DNA from: Candidatus Giovannonibacteria bacterium
GTDB taxonomy: Bacteria; Patescibacteriota; Minisyncoccia; JACPKW01; UBA11713
DNA: 55,735 nt
Assembly: GCA_016186825.1 (NCBI GenBank)
Contig: JACPKW010000007.1
Span: 1 to 55,735 of the forward strand
Direction of reading: 5' to 3'
This document shows positions 36,554-45,942 of the stretch, in pieces; positions within the stretch are counted from its first letter, which is position 1, and each line of letters begins with the position of its first letter. The notes beneath the pieces were generated by a model. The model had not been told where the DNA came from. It did not search any database and saw nothing but the letters and a program-made list of their open reading frames with translations. The translations under genes and the position numbers were made by a program.

Positions 36554-38118
36554 TTCTTTCTCAAAACTCTTCCTGAAAAGCCGGCGAAATTTCCGTTTGA
36601 GTAAGCAACCTCGCCGTTTATAAGGACGTGATCTATTCCATTAGGCGCTGCGTAGGGATTGCTGTAATCAGACCGACTTCCTATTTTTTCAGGCGAAAAA
36701 ATTGTAATGTCCGCAAAAAAATCTCTTTCTATTTTGCCACGGTCATTAATGCCCATGATTTTTGCGGGCAATTCAGTAATTTTTTGAAGCATTGGGCCCC
36801 ATTCTAAAATCTTCGATGATTTAGAAAACATCTCAAGAGCTTTCGGATAAGTCCCAAAGGAACGGGGATGCGGCAAATTATATGTCGGCTTGGGAGTCGA
36901 ATTATATCCCACTCCGTCAGAAGATACGGCCGCATAATCTTTCGCGGCAAGCTCTCGAATATGCTCTTCTGAAATGACTTCGCTAAAAATGGAAACGTTC
37001 AATTCGTTTATTTCCAAAAGCTCGAGAATAAATTCTTCGGGCGAGATGCCAGAACTCTCACTTAGCAGTTTGACTGTTTTCCCGATGGGAGTTTGATCGC
37101 GCAGAGTTGACGCAATTGTAATTCTGTCATAGTGGAGGGTTAGGGATTTAAGATAAGAAATTGCTTCCTCGCGAGCAGGCGGACTTTTCAGGCTCGAGAT
37201 GATTTTAGCTCTCGAGCCTTCAACGATCCACGGCGGAAGGAGGCTATATAATTCTGAACCGGTCCTCGTATATGGAAAAAAATCTAGGGTAAGATATTGG
37301 CCTGCATCACGCGCGTTTTCAATCAAGCTAAGCGCATCATGAAAAAACGGCCACGAATTTTTTCCGAGCACTTTGAAGTGCGAAAAATGCGTTCTGAAGC
37401 CCGCTCCCCTCTCGAGCTGGATTAGCTGAACGATGGCAGGTAAAATGTTTTTTCCTTCATCTTTGATGTGATGTTTGGCAAGGGCGGCATTATCTTTAAC
37501 GATATTGAAAAGAGACGCAAGTTCGCGCTCGTCTGATGGGCGGCCGTGCGCCGCGCCTAAGTTCGTTGAAATTCCCCAGGCGCCTTCCTTTAGGGATTCA
37601 TCCAAGAGAATTTTCATTTCTTTTATTTCTTCTTCGTTTGCTTTTCTTGCTTCATTGCCAACAATTCCCCGCCTTAGCGTGCCGTGCCCGATTAATGTTC
37701 CATAATTTACTCCGAGCGGATGTTTTTCGAGTTCATCAAGAAATTCAGAAATGCGGCGCCAATTGAAATTTATTTCCTTGACATCCACCCATTTTTGGAT
37801 GCCTTCGATGTCTTCAATTTTAATAAGCGGAGCAAGCGATGCTCCGCAGTTTCCGCCAAGAACTGTCGTAATGCCTTGGGCGAGAAAACTTTCCTGTTCG
37901 GGATAGTTAAATAACGTCCAATGAGTATCGGAGTGCGAAGTTAAATCAATAAAGCCCGGCGAAACAAATTTTCCGGTTGCGTCAATAACCAATTCGGCAT
38001 TATCACGGGAAAGATCACCGATCTTAGAAATTTTATCATTTTTCAATCCGACATCTACGCGTTCGAGCGCCTTTCCCTGCAAAACCATCCCGCCTTTGAT
38101 TAAAATCGAGTATGCCAT
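36550..38118 (-). CDS. N-acyl-D-amino-acid deacylase (D-aminoacylase) family amidohydrolase
   Basis: PGFID, GITT..GGNCG, SSDG, PHPRSFGTYP, ADITIF, V.ING. Confidence 0.87.
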   Translation of the reverse strand: MAYSILIKGGMVLQGKALERVDVGLKNDKISKIGDLSRDNAELVIDATGKFVSPGFIDLTSHSDTHWTLFNYPEQESFLAQGITTVLGGNCGASLAPLIKIEDIEGIQKWVDVKEINFNWRRISEFLDELEKHPLGVNYGTLIGHGTLRRGIVGNEARKANEEEIKEMKILLDESLKEGAWGISTNLGAAHGRPSDERELASLFNIVKDNAALAKHHIKDEGKNILPAIVQLIQLERGAGFRTHFSHFKVLGKNSWPFFHDALSLIENARDAGQYLTLDFFPYTRTGSELYSLLPPWIVEGSRAKIISSLKSPPAREEAISYLKSLTLHYDRITIASTLRDQTPIGKTVKLLSESSGISPEEFILELLEINELNVSIFSEVISEEHIRELAAKDYAAVSSDGVGYNSTPKPTYNLPHPRSFGTYPKALEMFSKSSKILEWGPMLQKITELPAKIMGINDRGKIERDFFADITIFSPEKIGSRSDYSNPYAAPNGIDHVLINGEVAYSNGNFAGFSGRVLRKK

Positions 38119-38181
38119 ACAGCTCAATTATAAAATACAAATTGAGGCGACAAAAGGAGTCTCGCGCCAAAACTGCGGCGT

Positions 38182-39234
38182 CTATGCGCCCAAAAGGGCA
38201 ATGACCATTCCCACAATAGCGGAGACTGCCGCAAGGACCCAGGCGCGCATTACAACTTTATAAGCGGGCCAGCCTTTTGCTTCAAAATGATGATGCAGGG
38301 GGGCAACCAAAAAAACTTTTCGTCCAAAAAATTTTTTAGAAAAAAGCTGGATGATGTCTGATCCCGCATCAAGGACCAAAGGAAGGGCAATGATCGGCAG
38401 CACCAACACCGCATTTGTTAAGAAAGCGATCACGGTAAGCGCCGCAGTCAGTCCGAGCATTCCGGTTTCTCCCATATAAAAACGCGCTGGCGGAATGTTA
38501 AACCAGAGAAAAGCGCCGATCGCTCCCGCAATCACTGCTGAAAATGCCGCAAGATCGATTTGATTTTGGAAGAATGCGATGCCGGCATAAGCCGCAAAAA
38601 TTGACGCCATTACTCCTCCCGCGAGGCCGTCTAAGCCGTCGATTACACCGCCCGAAAAAGTCGCAAGCATCACAATTACGAAAAAGGACGGAAATAATAA
38701 TCCCAATTCGTATTCGCCGAAAAATGGAACATGAACGGCGGAAACATCGAGTTTTACATAAAACCACCAGGCTCCTACAGCCGCGATTAAAATCACGAGC
38801 ATTACTCTCCCCAAAAAGCTCATTCCGCCCGCAATATATTTTCCCCGGCCGCTAACCTGCATTAAATCGTCTGCCAAACCCACAAGTGCGGCGGCAACAA
38901 GCGTGAAGAGCGGAAGCCATGTCTGCGAACGAGAAAGAAAATTCAATTTATCGAATAACGCCCCGTCCAATAGCGAAATAATCCAGAATAAAATTGTAAT
39001 TGCGAGCGGCACCGCCCAAACAAGAATACCTCCCATCCGTGGAACTTTGACCTCCCGCTCCTTGTGCAGCTCATGAAAAATCGGCGTAGCGGAGCCGTCG
39101 GGAGAATGCGTGCGAGCGTCTTTGCGCCACAGCTGATGTTTGTATAAATAATGCGTAAGGAGCGGAGTTACCAAAACGCCGATTGCAAAAGCAAAAGCGG
39201 AAAGCCCGAAAACTTTTAAGACATCCAGATTCAT
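38182..39234 (-). CDS. mraY: phospho-MurNAc-pentapeptide transferase
   Basis: PRMGG, GLADD, DGLDGL, FYMGETG, APLHHHFE. Confidence 0.96.
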   Translation of the reverse strand: MNLDVLKVFGLSAFAFAIGVLVTPLLTHYLYKHQLWRKDARTHSPDGSATPIFHELHKEREVKVPRMGGILVWAVPLAITILFWIISLLDGALFDKLNFLSRSQTWLPLFTLVAAALVGLADDLMQVSGRGKYIAGGMSFLGRVMLVILIAAVGAWWFYVKLDVSAVHVPFFGEYELGLLFPSFFVIVMLATFSGGVIDGLDGLAGGVMASIFAAYAGIAFFQNQIDLAAFSAVIAGAIGAFLWFNIPPARFYMGETGMLGLTAALTVIAFLTNAVLVLPIIALPLVLDAGSDIIQLFSKKFFGRKVFLVAPLHHHFEAKGWPAYKVVMRAWVLAAVSAIVGMVIALLGA

Positions 39235-39264
39235 GAATTAAGACTGATTATTTTTTGCTCGAGC

Positions 39265-40302
39265 TTATCTGTTAGTTCCATGAATGCCTAAAAACATTAT
39301 TTGTCCCGCAGAATCAACAATGAATGAAGAAATATTTCCTCCTACTGGAATGCGCCTCGCGCTCCAGGTAAGGCCTCTGTCTTCGGAAAGATAAACTTGG
39401 TTCCCCGCGCCCACTAAGAGAGTTGATGAACTTGCAGGGTTAGAAGCAATAGCTGTTACGGGCAGAGCTTCCGGCGGAAGCGTGATTGTCAAGTCTTTCC
39501 AAGTCGCGCCTTTGTCTTGCGATTTTAATATTCCGAAGTTCGATCCGTGGTACAAAACTCCCGAGCGTGTCTCATAGAACAAAACTTTAGGAACTTCTGT
39601 TCCAAAAAAATCGCGAAGTCCTTCCGTCAAATCCGTCCAGTCCCGCCCGCCGTTGGTTGATTTAAAAATGGAGCCCTGTCCGTCCGCAACCCAAATTTCA
39701 GCCGGATTAACCTCGTTAACTTCCAAAAGAATCAGACCTTCACTGAAACGTGCAAGCGTTAGCCATCTTGATCCTCCGTCGTTTGATTCATATAGTCCTC
39801 CGTCAGAACCAATCACGCGAATTGTTCTTTTATCTCGCGATATCCAGCCTTTGAAGAAAGCAAAGCTTTGAAGCGGGGTTTGGAGAAGCTCACGTCGCTC
39901 GGTTCCTCGCGATTCGATAATTCTTCCGAAGTTTCTGTAAAAAACAGAAGCAATGAGATTATCGATGCCCGCTGGCTCCAGAATATCCAAAACGCGCGAA
40001 GTCTCCCCTAGGCTTAACGGATATTGGTCCCAAACATCCCCGATTATTTTTCCTCGGTATAGGCCGTTTGCTTCAGTCCCCGCAAGAATATACTCCTCAT
40101 TTTCTCCTCCCCAGGCGAGTTTTGAAATTTCTCCTCCCGGAAAGCTTTGAATGTTTTCCCATGTTTGGCCTCCGTCTTCACTTCGATACAATGAATTACC
40201 AACTATTTGTTGAGTTGCCTGACGCCCCACGAGGACCGGATAAAGCGTTCCGATTACAACAAGCGCAACAATAATTAAAAATATTATTATGACGACTTTC
40301 AT
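39265..40302 (-). CDS. membrane-anchored BNR/Asp-box beta-propeller protein
   Basis: Repeated S.D.G.TW motifs (SEDGGQTW, SNDGGSRW, STNGGRDW, SQDKGATW, SEDRGLTW). Confidence 0.82.
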   Translation of the reverse strand: MKVVIIIFLIIVALVVIGTLYPVLVGRQATQQIVGNSLYRSEDGGQTWENIQSFPGGEISKLAWGGENEEYILAGTEANGLYRGKIIGDVWDQYPLSLGETSRVLDILEPAGIDNLIASVFYRNFGRIIESRGTERRELLQTPLQSFAFFKGWISRDKRTIRVIGSDGGLYESNDGGSRWLTLARFSEGLILLEVNEVNPAEIWVADGQGSIFKSTNGGRDWTDLTEGLRDFFGTEVPKVLFYETRSGVLYHGSNFGILKSQDKGATWKDLTITLPPEALPVTAIASNPASSSTLLVGAGNQVYLSEDRGLTWSARRIPVGGNISSFIVDSAGQIMFLGIHGTNR

Positions 40303-40317
40303 CCCGTTAGAAATAGG
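40301..40317. repeat. solo arm of the CCCGTTAGA element overlapping a start codon
   Basis: ATCCCGTTAGAAATAGG; shares CCCGTTAGAAATAGG with 52993-53007. Confidence 0.7.
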
Positions 40318-40346
40318 ATGCGGATAATCAAAATCATGGCTCTATT

Positions 40347-41084
40347 TTACTCCAAATACGTCTTAGATAAAATTACATGCTCGAGAAGCTGTCTGTTTGA
40401 GTAAGTCTTATCATAAAAACGTTTTTTAATCATCAAAAGATCATTGGTGAAGATGAGCATTCTTTTTAAATCAAGCGCGAGTGATTTTATTTTTTCCTCC
40501 GCCCAAAATTCAAAAGCTTCAAGCGCTTTTTCAGTCTTGGCGCGGTCCTTTGAATATGTAAGCGCTGTTTCGAGCATCTTTGAAGCATTTTTAGATTCGA
40601 TATATTTGTTGAAATCCTCGTCCGGGGCTTTGGGAAGCGCAATTTTCAAAGTAGTTAAGCGCGAAAGCAGGGGAAGCGAAAAACCTCCGTCGCTCGGGCT
40701 TAAAAAAATAAAATACGAATTTGATCCTGGCTCCTCAAGCGTTTTTAAAAGTGTAGACTGGACGTCAAAAGCAAGCGATGACGCTTTGATTAAAAAAATT
40801 TTTGTTCCGGCCCAGGACGTAAGTCTGGAACGTGAGTAAATGTCCCTGGCATCTTCGATTTTTAGAGCGCTAGCCTCATAGATTTTGAGTCCGAATGGCG
40901 TAGCAGTCAGGCAGGCGCTGCATTTTTTGCAATAAATTTTATTTTTGCAGTTAAGAAATTTTATCAAGAGTTCGGCAGTCTTTTCAGTTTCGCGCCCGTC
41001 ACCTAGAATTAAAAATGCATTTGACGGGAGTTTATTTTTAAAAATTTTTTCGAAGAAACTAAACGCCTCTCCCTGGATAATCAT
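40347..41084 (-). CDS. holB: DNA polymerase III delta' subunit-like
   Basis: Zn motif LNC..KIYCKKCSAC, IEDAR, QSTLLKTLEEP, LLSRL; ATG overlaps the mreB2 stop. Confidence 0.8.
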   Translation of the reverse strand: MIIQGEAFSFFEKIFKNKLPSNAFLILGDGRETEKTAELLIKFLNCKNKIYCKKCSACLTATPFGLKIYEASALKIEDARDIYSRSRLTSWAGTKIFLIKASSLAFDVQSTLLKTLEEPGSNSYFIFLSPSDGGFSLPLLSRLTTLKIALPKAPDEDFNKYIESKNASKMLETALTYSKDRAKTEKALEAFEFWAEEKIKSLALDLKRMLIFTNDLLMIKKRFYDKTYSNRQLLEHVILSKTYLE

Positions 41085-42094
41085 CTTTTTGCAAGAATAT
41101 TTCGTTTGTAAACATCGAGGTGCTCGAGCGCGATTCCTGTGCCTTTCGCCACGCAAAGGAGCGGATCAGCGGCAACTTTTGCTTTTACTCCCGTGGAGCG
41201 ATAAACAAGCTCTTCAATATTTCTAAGAAGCGAGCTTCCGCCGGTCATGACGATGCCCTGATCTATGATATCGGAAGCGAGTTCCGGAGGCGTTTCCTGC
41301 AGGACATTTTTTATCGCTTTCGTAATTTCGCGAAGCTCGCCATCAATTGCTTTTACAATTTCATTGGTGGAGATTGATGTGGAACGAGGCAGGCCTGTCA
41401 AAAAGTCGCGCCCTTTGATTTCAAATTTTTCATCTTTTTCAAGCGGAACGGCTGAACCAATCGCTATTTTAATTTCTTCGGCCGTCCGCTCCCCTATTAC
41501 TAAATTAAATGTTTTTTTGATGTAATCAGCGATGGCCTGGTCAATTTTGTTGCCTGCAACTTTAACCGAAGTTGAAGCTACGATTCCGCCAAGCGAAATT
41601 ACAGCCGCGTCTGTCGTCCCGCCTCCGATATCAACGATCATATGGCCAGTCGCTTCATGAATCGGAATTCCTGCGCCAATCGCGGCTAAAATCGGCTCTT
41701 TAATGACGTAAGCAGCGCGCGCGCCCGCTTTCACGGCCGCCTCAACAACGGATCTTCGCTCCGTGGAAGTTACCCCGGCAGGCACGGAAATCATAACTTC
41801 CGGCTTGAAAAAATTCCAGCGGCCGAGCGCCTTGTTGATGAAATAACGGAGCATTGCTTCCGTAACGCGGTAATCCGCAATCACCCCGTCTTTCATCGGA
41901 CGATAGGCCGCAATGGAATCGGGAGTTTTTCCGACCATGTTTTTTGCTTCATTTCCGACTGCGAGAACCCTGTTTTCAGGAACAGAAACAGCTACGACAG
42001 AGGGCTCGTTTAAAACTACGCCTTCGTTTGGAACAAAGACAAGCGTATTTGCGGTTCCAAGGTCAATTCCAAGTTTTTTTATTAAAAATGGCAT
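41081..42094 (-). CDS. mreB: second MreB/Mbl actin homolog
   Basis: GIDLGTANT, KEPILAAIG, DIGGGTT, TGGSSLL. Confidence 0.95.
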   Translation of the reverse strand: MPFLIKKLGIDLGTANTLVFVPNEGVVLNEPSVVAVSVPENRVLAVGNEAKNMVGKTPDSIAAYRPMKDGVIADYRVTEAMLRYFINKALGRWNFFKPEVMISVPAGVTSTERRSVVEAAVKAGARAAYVIKEPILAAIGAGIPIHEATGHMIVDIGGGTTDAAVISLGGIVASTSVKVAGNKIDQAIADYIKKTFNLVIGERTAEEIKIAIGSAVPLEKDEKFEIKGRDFLTGLPRSTSISTNEIVKAIDGELREITKAIKNVLQETPPELASDIIDQGIVMTGGSSLLRNIEELVYRSTGVKAKVAADPLLCVAKGTGIALEHLDVYKRNILAKR

Positions 42095-42095
42095 G

Positions 42096-43421
42096 TTATA
42101 TTCTCTTTATGTCTGCCCCCAAACCATTTAATTTCTCAACTATATTCTCGTAGCCTCTATCTATATGGTTTGACGGATCGTTTATTATGCTTTTTCCCGG
42201 CGCAACTAAACTTGCCAAAAGCATATCCATACCTGCCCTGACGTCGTGAGAATTTAACTCCGCAGATTGCAAGTTAGTTGGGCCATAAACATTAGCGGCA
42301 TAAGTTTCTCGTGCGTCATATTCGGAGTCGTTAAAGTTATAATAATCTGCTCCAAACTCGTCGGGATGATAAAGATCATAACGCAGTCCCATTTTTTGCA
42401 GTTCACCAAGATATCTCCAACGGGTTTCAAAAATACGCTCGTGGATCATAGATTTTCCATCCGCCATACATGCAAGAAGGAGCGTGATCAGGGGTTGCCA
42501 ATCTGTCATAAATCCTGGATGCCAATCTGTAATAATGTTAGCTGGTTTTAAAGGACTCGCAATTTTAACTATTTTAGCGGTATTTCCATCAAATTTAACC
42601 TCAACCCCGATTTCCTTTAAAACTTTGATCAGTGGCTCCAAAAGTTCTTTAGAGGCGTTTTCAATCTCTATGCCCCCGCCGGTCATGACAGACAAGATTA
42701 TGGCTGTTGCTGCTTCAAGGCGGTCGTAAATAGAAGAAGCCTCTGCTCCTTTTAATAATGGCTCAACTCCATTAATTTCAATTACTCTTGATTCGACTCT
42801 TTTTATTTTTGCCCCCATATCATTCAAGCATTTTATTAAGTTATCAACCTCTGGTTCCTCTGCGGCGTTTTTTAACGTTACCGCCCCCTGATTAAAAACC
42901 GAAGCCAAAATTAAATTTTCTGTCCCGCAGTGAGTATTTTTTTCAAATGTATATGTTGCTGATTTCGGTCGCGTCGGCATAGATATTTCCATACGGTTAT
43001 TTCGTTCAAGCACTTTTCCGCCCAGGGCTTTGATGCCCGCAAGATGCCGATTGAGTGGTCTTTTGCCGATTGCGTCTCCTTTGGGCGGATAAATAATAAC
43101 GCTTCCAGTGCGAGCTAATGTTGCGCCGATGAAAAGCACGGCTTGGCGCGCTGACATAGCTTCGAGAGGTATTTCCGAAGAATAAATATTGGAGCTTTCA
43201 ATTTGGATCGAGTTTTTATCCGTAAAGCGAACAAAACACCCCAATGAAGTTAGGGCGTCGATAGTTCTATAAGTGTCCGAAATTCTGGGAATATTGTGGA
43301 AAATATTTTTTTCACAGCTCAACAAGGCGGTGATCGGAAGCTTCGGACCTGCGTTTTTTGCACCGGAGACAACATATGTGCCTTTTAACGGTTTGCCGCC
43401 CCAAACAACGAATTTGCTCAT
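42096..43421 (-). CDS. murA: UDP-GlcNAc 1-carboxyvinyltransferase (Asp in place of catalytic Cys)
   Basis: GAKNA, KGDAIGKRP, TEN, NAAEEPE, PGFMTDWQ, HIDRGYE. Confidence 0.93.
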   Translation of the reverse strand: MSKFVVWGGKPLKGTYVVSGAKNAGPKLPITALLSCEKNIFHNIPRISDTYRTIDALTSLGCFVRFTDKNSIQIESSNIYSSEIPLEAMSARQAVLFIGATLARTGSVIIYPPKGDAIGKRPLNRHLAGIKALGGKVLERNNRMEISMPTRPKSATYTFEKNTHCGTENLILASVFNQGAVTLKNAAEEPEVDNLIKCLNDMGAKIKRVESRVIEINGVEPLLKGAEASSIYDRLEAATAIILSVMTGGGIEIENASKELLEPLIKVLKEIGVEVKFDGNTAKIVKIASPLKPANIITDWHPGFMTDWQPLITLLLACMADGKSMIHERIFETRWRYLGELQKMGLRYDLYHPDEFGADYYNFNDSEYDARETYAANVYGPTNLQSAELNSHDVRAGMDMLLASLVAPGKSIINDPSNHIDRGYENIVEKLNGLGADIKRI

Positions 43422-43534
43422 ATTTTTGCTATTTTGGTTATTTATACACCTTACGCCAAATGGGCTTAAATTTCAAAGTTAAAACAGATTTTTCTCCTTT
43501 ATTTTGCTGACATTCCCTGCTATGGTAAGGACAA

Positions 43535-44578
43535 ATGCTGACTCGTAGAAAAAGGAAAATACTGTTTTGGGTTGCGGTTTTCATTTTTTTCGCGCTCACT
43601 CCATTCGTCATTCTTTATTCGCTTGGCTATAGAATCGATTCAAATTTCCAGCTTTATTCGACGGGCGGAATTTATATTTCATCTTCCCTGACTGGTTCGG
43701 AAATATATATTAACTCCGAGCTGAAAAGAACGACAAACTTTTTTCAATCAGGAATTTTCGTTCAGGATCTTTCTCCCGGAATATATGAAGTGATGATTCG
43801 TAAAGAGGGTTACAATATCTGGAAAAAAAATTTGAAAGTAGCTTCGCAGTTTGTAACAGAGGCGCGCTCGCTTTTGGTTCCCAAAGAGGCAAATGCGCGC
43901 GTTCTTTTGCGGGGCGCTTTCGTTGATTTTTCCGCGTCATCAAAAGACCCCATCCTGCTTCTAGTTGAAAGCGCAAAGAATGCGCGAAAAATGAATTTTT
44001 ATCTCCCGCAAACTAACGAATTTCTTATCCCGGGCCTCAATCAGCTAAATCCTGAATTTCGAACAATTGAAATCGGAAACTGGCTCCCGCAGGAGCTTCT
44101 GGTAAAACTGGACGCTAAATATTATCAGATTAGATTTGACCTGAATCAGCGCACATTCAGTTTGGAGACAATTGCGGATCCATTAATAACGATGAGCCTT
44201 GACAACTATCGCCTTTCATTGAAAGAAGATGCCGGAGAAGATTTTGAAATTACTTGGAATGCTTCTTCGACCGAATTGAAGGCTCGATGGCTCCGCGACA
44301 GGATTCCACCTTATTACTTGGCGTCTTCAACTGAACCATTGATGAAAGATGTTAGTTTGAGAAACTTTGATTTTTTTCCGCAGAGGCGCGATGTGCTGAT
44401 CGCATCATACGACAACGGAATTTGGGCAGTTGAGTTAGACAACCGTGAACGTCAGGCCTTCCCGCTTTACAAAGGGCGCAAGCCCGAGTTTGCGGTTTTC
44501 CCGTTTGGGGAAATGGTTTACGTTTTTGATGATGGAGTTTTGATGGAAATTTCAACTCTTGCGAGGGAGGATTCCTGA
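43535..44578 (+). CDS. PEGA-domain membrane protein
   Basis: TM, YSLGYR, TGGIYI, LSPGIYEV.I.KEGY..W.K. Confidence 0.75.
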   Translation: MLTRRKRKILFWVAVFIFFALTPFVILYSLGYRIDSNFQLYSTGGIYISSSLTGSEIYINSELKRTTNFFQSGIFVQDLSPGIYEVMIRKEGYNIWKKNLKVASQFVTEARSLLVPKEANARVLLRGAFVDFSASSKDPILLLVESAKNARKMNFYLPQTNEFLIPGLNQLNPEFRTIEIGNWLPQELLVKLDAKYYQIRFDLNQRTFSLETIADPLITMSLDNYRLSLKEDAGEDFEITWNASSTELKARWLRDRIPPYYLASSTEPLMKDVSLRNFDFFPQRRDVLIASYDNGIWAVELDNRERQAFPLYKGRKPEFAVFPFGEMVYVFDDGVLMEISTLAREDS

Positions 44579-44579
44579 T

Positions 44580-45872
44580 TTAAATTAAATTCGCAATTTT
44601 TTTCGCTTTTTGCCAGATATCTCCAGCACCCATGAAAAGGATAATTGTATCAGGATGTTTTTTTATTTTGCTAGCGAATTTTTCTAAACTAAATTCACTT
44701 AATTTGCAAACTAATTTGCCAGCTTTTTCGGTCTCTCTAATTAAGTCTTTGATACTGACAGCGCCGATTTTCTCGCGAGCCGAGGCATAAATTTCGTCAA
44801 AATAAACTTCGTCAGCTTTTGTAAAAGCTTTTGCAAAATCATTTAGAAAGGCGGCAGTGCGCGAAAATGTATGCGGCTGGAAGACGGCAATTATTTTTGA
44901 ACTAGGATACTTTTGAGAAATCGCATCGAGTGTTGCCACAATTTCTTCCGGGTGATGAGCGTAATCATATATAATGGCCGGCTTTGCGCCCTCCTTTGTA
45001 TAAAGATCCAGCCTTCTTCCCACACCCTTAAAATTATTTATTCCAGAAATTATTTTTTCAGATGCAATTCCGAATTTTTGCGATAGGTGAATTGCAAGAA
45101 GGCAGTTTGATTTATATTTTTCTCCAGGCATCAGAAATTTGGATTGATTGAAAATCACTTCATCATTAAAATCAGCAGATTCAAATTTTTTTCCAATCCT
45201 CTCCCCTGTTTCTTTTGTCGTAACCAGTGTGGCGTCTGGGTTTTCAGTAACGAATTTTTTGAAAGCTTCAAGATAAATTTCAGGCGTTTTGAAATAATCC
45301 GGGTGGTCGTAATCGAGCGAGGGAATTAAGATTGCAACAGGCCTGAAAAGGCGGAATTTTTCCTGATACTCATCTCCTTCAACAATCATGAATTCACCAT
45401 GGCCGATTCTTACTGAATTTTCCCAAGCTTTGATTCGGTCTCCCGCAAGAACTACTGGGTCCAGATTTCCTGCTTCAAAGATTTGGCCCAAAAGCGCAGT
45501 GGTTGTAGTTTTACCATGTGTTCCTGTAATCACGATCACTTTTTTATTTGCAGCGAAAGCCGCAAGCGCGTCAGCGTAGTTAATTTGCTCAACTCCGAGT
45601 TCGCTTGCGCGCTTGCGCTCAATGTTATTTTCATCAAAAGCGGAGGAATAAATAACTAAATTAATGTCGGGTTTAATATTTTCCACCTTAAACTCTTCTG
45701 AAATAATTCCGGCTTTCTGAAGATTTTCATTTGACTGAAATTCCTCGCCCGAAACATCGGATCCGGAGACAATCGCATCTTCATTTTTGATCAACTGCGC
45801 AAGTCCTGAAACGCCCGTTCCCTTGATGCCAATAAAGTGAATTTTTTTATTTTTCCAACCGTATGTTTGCAT
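44580..45872 (-). CDS. murC: UDP-MurNAc--L-Ala ligase
   Basis: HFIGIKGTGVS, GTHGKTTT, EGDEY, DYAHHP, FQPHTFSR, MGAGD. Confidence 0.96.
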   Translation of the reverse strand: MQTYGWKNKKIHFIGIKGTGVSGLAQLIKNEDAIVSGSDVSGEEFQSNENLQKAGIISEEFKVENIKPDINLVIYSSAFDENNIERKRASELGVEQINYADALAAFAANKKVIVITGTHGKTTTTALLGQIFEAGNLDPVVLAGDRIKAWENSVRIGHGEFMIVEGDEYQEKFRLFRPVAILIPSLDYDHPDYFKTPEIYLEAFKKFVTENPDATLVTTKETGERIGKKFESADFNDEVIFNQSKFLMPGEKYKSNCLLAIHLSQKFGIASEKIISGINNFKGVGRRLDLYTKEGAKPAIIYDYAHHPEEIVATLDAISQKYPSSKIIAVFQPHTFSRTAAFLNDFAKAFTKADEVYFDEIYASAREKIGAVSIKDLIRETEKAGKLVCKLSEFSLEKFASKIKKHPDTIILFMGAGDIWQKAKKIANLI

Positions 45873-45942
45873 GATTATAAAACCTCTTTCAAATAACGAC
45901 TCTAAACATTCATTTTTATATTAAAATCGTTATACTATATTT

